Below, in pieces: positions 33,495 to 44,762 of a stretch of DNA of 64,000 nucleotides (position 1 is its first letter; each line of letters starts with the position of its first letter). The stretch lies in assembly GCA_963830915.1 (NCBI GenBank), contig CAWHOE010000027.1, positions 1-64,000 of the forward strand. Direction: 5' to 3'. A program made the translations under genes and the position numbers. The notes beneath the pieces were generated by a model. That model saw only the letters and a list, made by a program, of their open reading frames with translations, had not been told where the DNA came from and did not search any database. Source of the stretch: a candidate division FCPU426 bacterium. GTDB lineage: Bacteria > Oederibacteriota > Muellerivitia > Muellerivitales > Muellerivitaceae.

Positions 33495-33857
33495 TTATGC
33501 TGCGTTCGGGGCACTCTTGCCCTCGATTGCGGCCTTAATCTGGGTCTGGAGCTGCTCAAATTTTCCTTGGAGCATAGTCTCCTGTTTTTCCAGGGACTTG
33601 ATCCGGAGTTCCAGAGTCTCCACTTTCTCGGTTAGATTCTTGGTTACGTGTTCTTTTGACTTCTGTACCATGACCGTTCCGATGCTCATAAACATCGGCG
33701 TTTCATCGGCAGAGTCCTTGACCTCTTCCTCAGCCCTTTTTGCCTCGCGGACCGCCATTTGGTACTGGGCCTTTTGCTGGACAACGGTCTGAAGCTGTTG
33801 CTGGGCCTGCTGGAGCATGGCGAACTGGTTCTGAACTTTGGGGGATATGTTCTGCAT
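33495..33857 (-). CDS. pfdB: Prefoldin beta subunit
   Basis: Coiled coil, FMSIGTVMV hairpin, ETLELRIKSLEKQE; superoperon position. Confidence 0.93.
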   Translation of the reverse strand: MQNISPKVQNQFAMLQQAQQQLQTVVQQKAQYQMAVREAKRAEEEVKDSADETPMFMSIGTVMVQKSKEHVTKNLTEKVETLELRIKSLEKQETMLQGKFEQLQTQIKAAIEGKSAPNAA

Positions 33858-33926
33858 AGTATTCCTATCAGGTTTCATCTGCCAGCATTAAAAATGATTC
33901 CGCACACCGGCGGCTGTCGATAGTTT

Positions 33927-34162
33927 TCATGCGATCTCCTGCATTTCCTCGGCAATGCTCACAAGCCGCAGGAACATATTAAGGGCAGCTCGCAGAGCAG
34001 CGATGTCCTGGGCCTCGACTTGAAGAACGAGCGTATCAGTCCTTTCTAGCCAGCACCGGGTAGATGATCGTGGATTCACCTCATCGCTGAGCTCGGGAAG
34101 AAGCGAACGGAGGATCTTCTCCGCATGATCGGTAGTGAACCGGAAAAAGCTTCGTGCTGCAC
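33927..34162 (-). CDS. pcc1: KEOPS subunit Pcc1 (indel near 5' end)
   Basis: Manual translation ..SLLPEL..RSS..LVLQVEAQDIAALRAALNMFLRLVSIAEEM; lies between rpoP and pfdB. Confidence 0.85.
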
Positions 34163-34227
34163 AGTTATACCTCGTTGAGGTACTGGGAAAACCGAGAATA
34201 AAAAGGAGATGCCGGGAAATACCGTTA

Positions 34228-34362
34228 TTACTTGGCTTTGAGCTCTTTTATTGCTGCGCCACGTTCCTTGAAAAGAATACGGTGACCACAATAGGGGCAT
34301 CGGACGTTAACGTCGATCTCCACTTTCTGTTTGCACCGAGCGCACTTGTAACTGCTTGCCAT
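34228..34362 (-). CDS. rpoP: RNA polymerase subunit P (Rpo12)
   Basis: [21 protein letters not shown]. Confidence 0.95.
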   Translation of the reverse strand: MASSYKCARCKQKVEIDVNVRCPYCGHRILFKERGAAIKELKAK

Positions 34363-34376
34363 TATGGAGTCCTGAA

Positions 34377-34682
34377 TTACTGCTTCTTTTCTTCGACAAC
34401 AACACCGGAGCGTTCGATTGCACGCAGAGCTACCCGGAGTACCGGGGTCTCGGGCTGGTATGCACCACCGGCAAACTTGTATCCGCATTTCCGGCATCCC
34501 CAGATACCTGTTCCCTTACGCTGGAGAGACTCGGTGTCGCACCGGGGCACCGGTGTACTGCCCTTGAGATTTTCTCCATTTCGGCGACACGCTTGCGGAC
34601 GAATCTTCCATACCTGCAGCCGAAACGCCCTGCACTACCGGTTACTTTTCCTTTTGCTGATTTATCGGAGACTTTTTGCCAT
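34377..34682 (-). CDS. rpl37ae: Ribosomal protein L37ae (frameshifted)
   Basis: Manual translation [38 protein letters not shown]. Confidence 0.92.
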
Positions 34683-34725
34683 GATTAATATCCACCGAAT
34701 TGACTTTCTATATTTGTCTTATCGA

Positions 34726-35429
34726 TTAATATACTTGATTGAGGATCTTGACCTGACCTTCGCCTTTGCTGAGCTTGTTTATGAGGTCATAGAACTCACT
34801 CTGGATACCTGCCGGAATTCTCACGACGCAGACCCAGGAACCATCCTTCTGCCATTCATCTTTTTCCATAGTGCTTGCCGCCGCAATATCACCGTATGCG
34901 CGGGCTGCGTTGTCGGGCGGGATCCTGATGGCAAGCCGGAGTTCCTCGAATCGTATGGGAAGGATCGGACGCAGCGCTTTTACAACCTCTTTAACCTGTT
35001 CATCGACATGTTTGAATGGATCGATGTTGACCCGGGCTTCTTCCATAGCCATTTCTATCCGGTGTGGCGGATGCGGGTGGCCGGTTGGGGGTTGACCGCG
35101 TTCCGTGCAATGAATGTAATCACTTTACGGCGCTTTTCCTCGGTCATCTCCTTTCTCTGGTCGGCAGTCAGATGGATCTCGCCTTTTTCGATGATCTTTT
35201 TTGCAACCGTTGCAAAATCCGTAGTGTGGAATACTTTTTCCAAAGACTCTTCGGATGCCCGGGTTGCTTTTGACGAATTCCCGAATACATTGAGAGCAGC
35301 GACGGCATCTTCGATATTGATATTCTCGCCTTGACGAATCCGGGCTGCCAGATGGGGTTCAACCAGTATTTCGAACTTTTCCCCGTGACTTTCTAGCCGG
35401 GCGACGACCGCCTGCTCAAGATTGATCAT
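34726..35429 (-). CDS. Ribosome maturation factor SBDS/Sdo1 (frameshift ~35075)
   Basis: [44 protein letters not shown]. Confidence 0.93.
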
Positions 35430-35435
35430 ACAGGA

Positions 35436-36159
35436 TCACTGTTTAAACTGACCGACATACGAGGCGACTTCTTCTTTTGCCATCTTCCGGAACGCCTTTG
35501 CCTCACATTCGACAATTCCCATCTCTACGGTATCGACGTCGAACTTGCCTTCCGTCGCCGAGTGAAGGGCCTTGAGGCCAAGGAGAATAGCGTCTTTGAT
35601 CGAAAGACCTTCATTGTATTCTTCTTCAAAGACCTTCATGGCGGCTGGCCTTCCAATCCCTATACCAGTAGCCTTGTACTCAAGAAGAGTACCAGATGGA
35701 TCAGTCTCGAAAAGCCGGCATTCGTTGTCGCTTACCCCGGCAATTAAAAGGGCTGTGCCATAGGGCCGGATACCGCCGTACTGGGTGAGGGTTTGCATAT
35801 GATCGCAGAGTTTCTTTGCAAGTGCCTCGACCTCGATACGTTCATCATAGGAAACCCGGTTTATCTGGCATTCGATCCCGGCCCGATCTACAAGAGCCCG
35901 TGCGTCACCAACAAGGCCCGATGATGCGACCCCGATATGGTCATCAATCTTGAAGATCTTCTCGATTGATGAGGATTCAAAGCAGCTTAGAACTGACACG
36001 CTTGTCGACGATAAGTGCAACGCCCCCCTGGGCCTTTATCCCAACAGCTGTTGTTCCTCGCTTTACTGCCTCCCGGGCATATTCTACCTGGTAAAGCCTG
36101 CCATCGGGCGAAAAAACAGTGATCGCCCGGTCATAGCCCATCTGATATTGTGGTTGCAT
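35436..36159 (-). CDS. psmA: Proteasome alpha subunit (frameshift ~35980)
   Basis: [31 protein letters not shown]. Confidence 0.96.
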
Positions 36160-36183
36160 GGATAATCTCCAGATCTTCTGTTG

Positions 36184-36656
36184 TTAAGAACAATCGACGT
36201 GTATTTTTAAATCCCTTTTCAAGGCATCAACCTTGTGACCGTACCACTGCGCGATCTCTACCGGGGACGCATCAAACTGGTAGTGGGACAGGAGAGCAAC
36301 CTCATTTTTCGGGGCGGATCCCTGCGCCACTATCCGTTCCCGCAGGCTCTCGATCGTGCCGGAGACTGCAAGGGTACCTGAGCGCCAATGTGATATCCCG
36401 GCAGATCGAAACGGTGGAGAGTGCAATTGCAAACTCGCGTTCGGCTCCACGGCGACAGCGCAGGAGAGCGTATCTTCCCTTCCACTGCAATTACCGACGG
36501 CTGCATTGCAGCGGCTGACATGTCCCCGAACAGCGAAACAACCGCTTCGTACACTGCGTAATACAGGTCTTTTGCCTCAGGATTTGTGCCAGCCGGGTCG
36601 ATGCGGGCGAGCAGGTACCGGCGTTTTTCCCTGAGTGTTGGCGGACGGACACTCAC
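36184..36656 (-). CDS. rnp2: RNase P protein Pop5/Rpp14 (frameshifted)
   Basis: RPPTLREKRRYLL N-terminus, SGTIESLR. Confidence 0.85.
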
Positions 36657-37294
36657 CGTATCACCTTCACGGCAGCATCCCCAAATGCGGTAACCCGGCT
36701 GACGCCGGCAAGTGCTTTTTCAACATCAGTCTCGTCCATACCAAAGAGCGAGCATAAACCAGTGACTTCTCGCACCGTTCGCAGGCCAAGAACTGACCGT
36801 GTCGATGATGAGATAGTAAGGGGAAACTCGAACCTGCGGTACAGGATCAGATCCAAATAGCGGTGAATCGCTTTTTGCCGGAAATGACCGCGGCCGAATA
36901 TAAGCGGGAAAAGATCGATATCGACAGCGGTCGTATTATCTGCCGCTATTTTGGCGGCCACATGGTCGAACGCTTTTTTATCCGCACAACTGACATCCCG
37001 GAGTATATGGACGCCGGTCGTCCCGGCAACGGCCCGGTTAAAACCGTTGTCTCCGGCACTGACGGACACGATCGTACCGGTCCCCTTGCTTTTTTTTACC
37101 ATGGCCTGGATTTCCCTTGCCGTTATCCCGGTAAGGAAAATACCCGGAATCACATCGATGCCATACACGTTGGCTGCAGGAGTGTCTGCGGCTACGATAC
37201 TGTCGAACCCGCACATATGTGCCTCAAGCGCTAGCCGGCAGGCCGATGAATCACCTGCAGGATAGGGATACACGCAGGCATCGGTAATCTTCAT
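36653..37294 (-). CDS. rnp3: RNase P protein Rpp30
   Basis: FNRA, FDHVAAKIAA, PLTISS..LRT.RE; operon position. Confidence 0.85.
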   Translation of the reverse strand: MKITDACVYPYPAGDSSACRLALEAHMCGFDSIVAADTPAANVYGIDVIPGIFLTGITAREIQAMVKKSKGTGTIVSVSAGDNGFNRAVAGTTGVHILRDVSCADKKAFDHVAAKIAADNTTAVDIDLFPLIFGRGHFRQKAIHRYLDLILYRRFEFPLTISSSTRSVLGLRTVREVTGLCSLFGMDETDVEKALAGVSRVTAFGDAAVKVIR

Positions 37295-37326
37295 AAAGGT
37301 AACCTTAGTGGGAAAAAAGAATAAGA

Positions 37327-37917
37327 TTATTTGCCCTGATTCGCATGGGAGCGGATGCTCGGGCGGGTCTTTTCGGTACCCCTTCCCCGGGTCCTCATAC
37401 CACGGCCACGGCGGCCTGCTGCGGTCTTCCCACGTTCTGCACGGCCGCGATGAGTGGGGTTACCTACCCAGGCAAGGTTTGCATCACTCTGGATGACCGG
37501 GTGATGACCATCGACAAGAATGACCTCGTAATATTTCAGCTTGCCGTCCTGACCAACCCAGTACGAATTAAGTACTTCCATATTCGGGTACCGGCTGGAT
37601 GCTCGTTCCTCAGCAATGCGCTGGATGCTTTTTCCAGGGGTGCTCCGGTTCTTGCCCATCCGGGCTGAGCGGCGTGCCCTGACATACCGGGAGACCCGGC
37701 GGCCACCACGGCGGACCTGGACACGTGCAACAACTATGCCTTGTTTTGCCTTATACCCAAGTGATCGTGCGCGGTCGATACGGGTCGGACGCTCTATCCT
37801 CGTGACACTGCCTTCACGGCGCCATTCCTGCATCCTGTTCCAGAGCAGTTCTTTCACATAGGATTTTTCAGGGCGTGCCCATGCGTCCCTGACATACGCA
37901 TACATCGATTTAACCAT
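37327..37917 (-). CDS. rpl15e: Ribosomal protein L15e
   Basis: [31 protein letters not shown]. Confidence 0.97.
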   Translation of the reverse strand: MVKSMYAYVRDAWARPEKSYVKELLWNRMQEWRREGSVTRIERPTRIDRARSLGYKAKQGIVVARVQVRRGGRRVSRYVRARRSARMGKNRSTPGKSIQRIAEERASSRYPNMEVLNSYWVGQDGKLKYYEVILVDGHHPVIQSDANLAWVGNPTHRGRAERGKTAAGRRGRGMRTRGRGTEKTRPSIRSHANQGK

Positions 37918-37929
37918 TGTATTAACACC

Positions 37930-37986
37930 TCAAGGTTCGGCCCAGAAGGGCTACATTCCTTTCAACGGGACAATATCCCGTAGTCC
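37930..37986 (-). promoter_or_regulatory. Structured 5' leader of rpl15e
   Basis: Hairpin ACGGGA/TCCCGT nested in CTAC/GTAG, then GCCC/GGGC just before the GAGGTG RBS. Confidence 0.55.
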
Positions 37987-38033
37987 TATAGAATATGTTA
38001 GTAGGGATATTAAATTAATCGAAGGTCGACCTT

Positions 38034-38504
38034 TTATGGCGACCCCTTGCGTTTCTCGACGACATGAATGCCATCGATTCGGGTTGCGGGATACTGGCCG
38101 TTCTCATCTTTTTCTGCTGACTTAACCATGTCCCAGATGGTCAGAAGAGCGACCGAGACACCGGTTAGGGCTTCCATTTCAACACCGGTTTTTCCGGTGG
38201 ATTTCGTGGTCACCGTTGCTTCGATGTACATATCGGATTGGACAAAGTCCACAGTAATGGCACCAAGCAGAATAGTATGACACATAGGGATAATCCGGGG
38301 TGTTTCTTTAACGGCGAGCGTGGCAGCAACCCGGGCGGTGGCAAGCACGTTCCCTTTGACAACGGATCCTTCCTTGATAGCAGTAAGTGTTACCGGCCGC
38401 AGGTAAATCCGGCCGGTGGCCACCGCTTCGCGCACAACATCAGATTTTGCGCTGATATCCACCATCTGTGCCATTCCGTCTGCAATATGAGTAAATTCGA
38501 CCAT
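38034..38504 (-). CDS. moaC: Cyclic pyranopterin monophosphate synthase
   Basis: MVDISAK, KGNVL, IPMCH, TGVEMEAL, IWDMVK. Confidence 0.96.
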   Translation of the reverse strand: MVEFTHIADGMAQMVDISAKSDVVREAVATGRIYLRPVTLTAIKEGSVVKGNVLATARVAATLAVKETPRIIPMCHTILLGAITVDFVQSDMYIEATVTTKSTGKTGVEMEALTGVSVALLTIWDMVKSAEKDENGQYPATRIDGIHVVEKRKGSP

Positions 38505-39927
38505 TACCGTTGTCTCCTGAATAGCTCTTCCGGGATCGGTCGATCAGGTCGGAAGCAAGCATGCCCTGTCCCGATCACTTCACTACACGTTCTCCTGCCC
38601 GGCCGTTCACGTACGCGGCTATCCCAGCCGCCTCGAAGGCCGGTAGGTGGCAGAGCAGCGCACCGCATACACCGGCGAGTACATCTCCTGTCCCGCCAAC
38701 GCTCATGGCAGGGTCGCCGGTCCGGTTAAACCGGGTTCTGTGCCCATCGGAGATGACGTCAACCGGCCCCTTAAGGAGAATGGTGCCGCCAAGTCGTGTT
38801 GCTGCTTCCTGCACAGCCCTGGCCCTGCCACACGCATCACCGGCATCAGCGGAGAGCTTGACACCAGAGATGCGGGCAAATTCCCCGGCATGGGGTGTAT
38901 AGATAGTCTCCCCGGCAGCTTTTGGAAGCGGAAGCCGTAGTCCATCAGCGTCGAACACTGCTTTTTTACAATGCGGGGCAACGGCAAGGACAATGTCATG
39001 ACTTTCCGTTCCCATACCATTTCCGCATACGACGACATCGGCTCGACTTGCAAGTGCGATGAGCTTTTCAATGTGTTCTGTCCCGATCCGGTCGCCGGTG
39101 AGGCGTTCGAAGATAAGATCAGGCACCGGTTCATAGACCGGGGACGCCACCCTAACAATATCGGCGCCAGTCCGAAGGGCCGCAAGGCCTGCAAGATAAG
39201 GGGCTCCCTGGTAGGGCCCACCTCCTATTATGAGTACGGTGCCCCCTACACCTTTGTGGCTTGTGTTTTTCCGCGCCGGGAGAAGTGTCAGGCCCCGGGG
39301 CCGGTGCAGATCTCTGCTTCAATGGGGGCCCCCAATATCAACGACGTCAGAACCAGTCACCTTGGGCCGGTGGAATGCACAGATCCGGTCTGCCCGCATA
39401 CCAGGGGAGGGAACATCAGCAGCAACGATCTTTGCTCCGGATGCATTTGCCATCGCCGTGCATGTTGCCAAGGGTTCTTTGAGAGCCCCTGCTGCACCGG
39501 TCCCGAGAAGGGCATCGACGATGACATCTGCCTTTTCGAAAAGGAGGGCAAGGGCACGCAGGTCATCTGTGGATACAAAAGGATGGATATTGACCTGGCA
39601 GCCGGGCAATGCAGCCAGTTGGTGGGCGCTAGCCGGGGAACGTTTGCCATAATCCAAATAGAAGACATTCGTATTCACACCGTGCTGGAGGTACCGGGCA
39701 GCCACCATTCCGTCTCCCCCGTTGTTTCCGCGTCCACAGAGAATAGGTACCGAGGCCGGTTGGAGATCGAGTACTGACGCCGCAAGTGCTTTTCCAGCAC
39801 TTTCCATCAACTGGAGGCTGGTGACGCCGAGCGCCTGCGCGTTTTCGTCAACTGCGCGCATCCGTGCCGGGGTTATTATACCTGTTTCGAGGAAATCCGC
39901 TGCACATAAGTTGAGATCGGGCCGCAT
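38504..39927 (-). CDS. nnr: Bifunctional NAD(P)HX epimerase/dehydratase (frameshifted)
   Basis: LMESAG, CGRGNNGGDG, DALLGTG; TPHAGEF, LKG..D, GGTGDVLAG. Confidence 0.92.
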
Positions 39928-39968
39928 ATACTACACTTCATCTGTAAGTACTCCATAAATAATAGACA

Positions 39969-41367
39969 ATGGGTTTCAGCGATGATGTGAAGGCAGCTGC
40001 CGAACAAATCACGGCTGCACATGGGATTACCATCATCTCCCACATCGACGCAGACGGTATCTCCTGTGAAGCTATTCTTTCTCAGGCAATCACAAGGAAG
40101 GGAATACCCTGCCGTTCTGTTTTTGTCCGGCAGCTTGAGCCATTAACCATGCCCCAAGTCCCGGACGATGCCACACTTAAGGTATTTGCCGATATGGGAG
40201 CAGGCCATCAGGCCCTTATTGCCGGCCGGGGTCTGAAAGAAAAAGATGTATTATTGTCGACCATCACGTGAGCCAGCCCGGAGATGTCATATATCCGCAG
40301 GCAAATTGTCTCCCTTACGGATATACCAAGATGAGTGCCGCCGGGGTCGCCTACTTTGTCGCAAAATCTATGGACGAGGCTAATGCTGATCTAGCAAAGC
40401 TTGCAATTATAGGTAACGTGGGAGACATGATGGCCCGTGAGACCTGTGGGCTTGTAGGGCCTGCCCGCGAGCAAATCGTGGAAGATGGGATCAAGCACGG
40501 GTCGGTTCAGGTCTGTAAAAAAGATCTCAATTGCTACGGGACCGCCACCCGGCCTGTCCACCTCTCGCTTACCTATAATGATGATCCTTTCATCAAAGGG
40601 ATAAGTAACAATCCTGAAGGCGCAAAACAGTTCCTTAAAAAACTAGGTATTGTCCAGCAGAGCCCTGACGGTCGCTGGTATGTTTGGGAAGAACTTTCCG
40701 ACGAAGATCGGCGCCGGATATCTCAGCACTTGCCGAGCAGCTTATCGCAAACGGTGAACGGGTGGACCGACTCCTTGCCGAGACTTACCGATTCCCGGGC
40801 GAAATCCCTAGAACACCGCTAAGGAACGCCCAGGAATACTCGACTCTCCTCAATGCTTGTGGCAGGTGGACAAAACCAGCAGTCGGGAGCGCTATCCTCA
40901 AGGGTGACCGGGGAATTGCATACCGCGAGGCAGAACATATGCTCGGTAATCACCGGGCAATTATCCGGAACCTTCTGCAGTATATCATCGAGACTGGGGT
41001 ACGGGAACTCGATTATGTACAGTATATCCACGTGGGAGGAAGGTTTCCGGACACCATTGTTGGTATTGGAGCAGGGATGGCACTTTCAAAGGTTAATAGC
41101 CAGAAGCCTATTCTTATCATGTGCGAAGTGCCTGAGGACAAGAACCTGACCAAGGTATCGATGCGCACGACCGAGCGGGTCATTGAACGAGGCGTTGATC
41201 TCCAGAAAGCAATAAGCGATGCCTCGGCAGAATATGGCGGCGGGGGCGGGGGACATAAGATCGCCGCTGGAGCTTTTATCCCCAAACCCGCAGAACAGGA
41301 GTTTGTTAACCGTGTCAACAGGATACTCGGAGAACAGTTCGCTTCGCAGGGTGCAGACAATCGCTGA
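39969..41367 (+). CDS. RecJ-like DHH phosphoesterase (two frameshifts)
   Basis: SHIDADG, D.G, (I)DHH across the frameshift, SAAG, GGGHKIAAGA. Confidence 0.9.
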
Positions 41368-41866
41368 CTATCAGTTCGGGAGTCTTTGCGGGACCAGGCT
41401 ATTTCCTGAGGACTGTGAGTTTCTGCTCTCGACGACCGGAAGGATTCGCCAAATCCTTTACGGGGGAGTACGGCTTGCAACTATCCGGGCTTCTGACGGC
41501 AGGTTAACGCTAGGGATCGAAGGGGCCCGACGGCTTCAAACCATCCTCGCGCCACCCGGTTATCGGGTTGTAATCCTTGAAGATGTCGCGGCGTTTGTGG
41601 CACAGGGAAAAAACGCGTTTGCAAAACATGTTGTCGCGGCTGATTCGCAGATCCGCGCGGGCGACGACGTACTCGTTGTAGCTGGCGGCGATCGGCTCCT
41701 TGCCTGCGGCGCAGCCCTCCTTTCGGGCGCAGAGATGCTTGCATTTAATTATGGTGCAGCGGTAAGAGTACGGCAGGGTAGTGAAAAAAATGCTTCCGGG
41801 AAACATCAATCCACGCCAGATGAAAGCGATGATGAAGAAGCTCGGCATGCAGGTCGAGCCAATTGA
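41312..41866 (+). CDS. PUA-domain protein (ArcTGT C-terminal-like); true end uncertain
   Basis: IADYQFG, TGRIRQ, GKNAFAKHVV..D..IRAGDDVLVV. Confidence 0.82.
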   Translation: MSTGYSENSSLRRVQTIADYQFGSLCGTRLFPEDCEFLLSTTGRIRQILYGGVRLATIRASDGRLTLGIEGARRLQTILAPPGYRVVILEDVAAFVAQGKNAFAKHVVAADSQIRAGDDVLVVAGGDRLLACGAALLSGAEMLAFNYGAAVRVRQGSEKNASGKHQSTPDESDDEEARHAGRAN

Positions 41867-42131
41867 AGACGTCGAAAGTATTGTAATAAAGACACCTAAG
41901 GGTAACTGGGTGTTCGGGCCTGTCGAAGTAACAGCGATGACCATGCAGGGTGCAACCACCTACCAAATTGTGGGAACCCCCCGGTTTGAAGAAGCTGCGG
42001 TCGAAATCCCCGCAGAAGATATCGCTATGGTAGCCGAGCAGGCCCAAGTACCTGCGGAAAAAGCCAAGGAAGCACTGATCACGACCAAAGGCGACATTGC
42101 CGAAGCGATCCTGAAACTCTCTTCGCCATGA
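41790..42131 (+). CDS. nac: Nascent polypeptide-associated complex protein
   Basis: NPRQMKAMMKKLG, C-terminal UBA GDIAEAILKL. Confidence 0.95.
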   Translation: MLPGNINPRQMKAMMKKLGMQVEPIEDVESIVIKTPKGNWVFGPVEVTAMTMQGATTYQIVGTPRFEEAAVEIPAEDIAMVAEQAQVPAEKAKEALITTKGDIAEAILKLSSP

Positions 42132-42852
42132 TTGACGAGGGGGACCGTGTCCTTTTAGTCGGTGAGGGACGGGAATTTTTCACCCGGGCTGGCCCGGGAA
42201 AGCTATCTACCGATAAGGGCCAGATTGAGCTTGCCGGTCTTATCGGGGCAGAACCAGGCGCTGTAATTACCACCCACACCGGAGCTGAGTTCGTGGTCCG
42301 GATCCCCGGCCCACTGATTTTTTCGTACACGGTAAACGGTCCGGTGCACCTATGCTCCCTAAAGACATCGGCCTTGTAATTGCCTACACAGGTATGAACC
42401 ACAAAGACGACGTCCTTGACGCAGGGACGGGAAGCGGAGTCGCGGCGATCTATTTTGGCGGGATTGCAGCACGTGTGAAAACCTATGAGATTAGGCCTGA
42501 GTTCTCGGCGCTTGCGTTAAAAAACATCAAAGAAGCAAAATTAGAGAACATCGAAGCTATCGCTGGTGATGTCCTCACTGCTGAAGGGATGTACGACGTC
42601 ATTCACCTCGATATGCAGATTGCAACAGACCATGTATACTTTGCCTATGACCATCTCCGGGCGGGAGGATATCTTGCCTGCTATACACCGTTCTTAGAAC
42701 AGATGGGCATTGTTGTCGATGCGGCACAATCTCGATTCCCTGAGGTCCATACTCATGAGCTGATCGAACGGGAAATGACCCGGTCAAAACGGGGAACGCG
42801 TCCTTCTACAAGCGTAAGCCATTCAGGATACATTACTATAGCTCGGAAATAG
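42128..42852 (+). CDS. trmI: tRNA (adenine-57/58-N1)-methyltransferase (frameshift ~42320)
   Basis: PKDIG, VLDAGTGSG, YEIRPEF, TRP..HSGYI. Confidence 0.88.
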
Positions 42853-42893
42853 ACGTCATCGAATTCATTTCCACAATCTAGATTGAAACAAAC

Positions 42894-43445
42894 ATGGATC
42901 TTATCACCTTCGTTTTCATCGGTATCGGTCTTTCGATGGACTGTTTTGCGATTGCCCTTATGATCGGTGCAACCACAAAAGTCCGTCTCCTAACTGCTGC
43001 GGTAGCAATCGGTCTTTGTTTTGGGATTTTTCAGGGAGGTATAACCTTACTTGGCTGGGTTGCCGGGATCAGTCTTGCAAATATTGTTACCGTGTATGGT
43101 ACGGTTATAGCCTTTGTAATTCTGTCCTTGATCGGAGTAAAGATGATTATTGAGGGTGTGAAACGGAAAGAAGAATGCATCGAACTAATCCAACCTGTAT
43201 CCGTAATATGTCTTTCAATAGCGACAAGCATTGACGCTTTCCCCGCCGGGATGTCGTTTGGTATCCTTAAATCGCCTGTTTTCCTGCCCGCTTTAATCAT
43301 AGGCATTGTTGCGTTCACCTGCTCTTTTATTGGCGTCATGGCGGGGAAGCGATTTGAGCGGATCCTTGGCAATAAATCTGATATTGTCGGCGGTATTATC
43401 CTTATCCTGATGGGCATAAGGATCCTTACCGGGATCCTTCTCTGA
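42894..43445 (+). CDS. mntP: Manganese efflux pump MntP family
   Basis: GLSMDCFA and ATSIDAF..G motifs. Confidence 0.9.
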   Translation: MDLITFVFIGIGLSMDCFAIALMIGATTKVRLLTAAVAIGLCFGIFQGGITLLGWVAGISLANIVTVYGTVIAFVILSLIGVKMIIEGVKRKEECIELIQPVSVICLSIATSIDAFPAGMSFGILKSPVFLPALIIGIVAFTCSFIGVMAGKRFERILGNKSDIVGGIILILMGIRILTGILL

Positions 43446-43519
43446 TAACCTTTCCTGATATTCAGACCGAAACTGCACCATAATTCCAGAGAGATCCGGA
43501 AAACGAAAAAAGTGACGTA

Positions 43520-44638
43520 TTATTGTGAATTTTCAGTTTTGTTGGTAATCGCAAATACGCAATATTCATCGCCTTTTGACCGGGATTTAATTTCTTTTGC
43601 CTGCACTTTAATGCCAAAGGATCCTTCAATGATACCCGCAAGAAGCCCGGCGGTACAGAAACATACGTTTTTCCCGGTATTACCAAAAGCTTCGGATTCG
43701 ACTGTATGGGTAAGCGTCATGGTCTTTGTCTTTGTAGCCTCATTCCATTCAGTTTTAAGGACACTGAACCATCCCATCTGGGAATAGAAGGCAAAAGCCA
43801 TATCTGAGAGAATGTTGGGTTTGTCGATCCCCATCTTCTTGTAATGCTCGACATTTTCTTTGCCCATCTCCATATATGCCCGATAGTTGACCCCTCCTGC
43901 GGGCATCTCGCCCATGGTCTTTTTTAAAGAGTTCATCATTGAGGTGAAAATGAACCGTGGCATCATGACAACGGGATCATCAATCAGTTTTATAGTACCG
44001 TTGAGGGGTTTGTGTTCGATATATTCCGTTATAGCCGAATCCCCTTTTACAATTGCCTGTGCTTTGAACCTCCAGCTGGATTCAACCTGGTCGGCAACAA
44101 ATTCACAGACATCATCGCCTTTCGCATGACACTTTGTCTCGAGGCAGAACCAGTTCTTACCGGTTGCCGCAAAAAGAATACCTTCAATCCATCCTTGGTG
44201 GATACCACAGACTGCCATGTTCCAGTCTTTCATGATCTGTGATTCAAAGGTCTGTTTGGTACGTAGCCGTATCCGTTTATCGCTCTGCTCTATAAGCTCA
44301 AATGGAGCTCCCCAGCCCTGCTGGTGCTGGAGCTTGAATACAAGCATAAGAAATTCGGCCGGGGAAAGATTCAGGTCCAGTTTTTTTAACAGGTTATTAA
44401 GGCCCACCGATCCCATACCTACTGAGCGGAAAAGTTTTCTTACTGCCTGCACAGCAAGCTTTTTGTCAAGGTTGCTTTCATACATCTCGTAAATTGCTTT
44501 TACCAGATAATTTGGATTGCTTGCAGTCTTGACGCCAAAAACTGAATATGAACCGGCAACAGGATCCAGTTCAATGTAAGGCCGGATATCTTTTTCTCCT
44601 TTAAGGAAAGCTTCAAAATCTTCTCGTCCAATCTTCAT
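43520..44638 (-). CDS. Tandem V4R (XylR_N/V4R-like) domain protein
   Basis: Two units: GWG..C...G..EG..ETKCHAKGDDVCEF and GWF..C...G..AG..EIKSRSKGDEYCVF. Confidence 0.85.
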   Translation of the reverse strand: MKIGREDFEAFLKGEKDIRPYIELDPVAGSYSVFGVKTASNPNYLVKAIYEMYESNLDKKLAVQAVRKLFRSVGMGSVGLNNLLKKLDLNLSPAEFLMLVFKLQHQQGWGAPFELIEQSDKRIRLRTKQTFESQIMKDWNMAVCGIHQGWIEGILFAATGKNWFCLETKCHAKGDDVCEFVADQVESSWRFKAQAIVKGDSAITEYIEHKPLNGTIKLIDDPVVMMPRFIFTSMMNSLKKTMGEMPAGGVNYRAYMEMGKENVEHYKKMGIDKPNILSDMAFAFYSQMGWFSVLKTEWNEATKTKTMTLTHTVESEAFGNTGKNVCFCTAGLLAGIIEGSFGIKVQAKEIKSRSKGDEYCVFAITNKTENSQ

Positions 44639-44762
44639 GAACGATTATTCTGGTATAATGCAATTAAAATATTTCGACTTGAAAGTTGTCAAAAAAATAA
44701 GGAAAATACCGGCAGGTGAACTGAGCAAAGGCTGTGGAGTTGTCGCCTGAGAATATCCAAAA

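Noticed and set aside
34135..35334. 399-aa plus-strand ORF
   Set aside because: Antisense to SBDS, rpl37ae and rpoP
41760..41866. Long PUA/NAC overlap or possible fusion
   Set aside because: Depends on the length of the A-run at ~41784-41790, which is unreliable in this assembly
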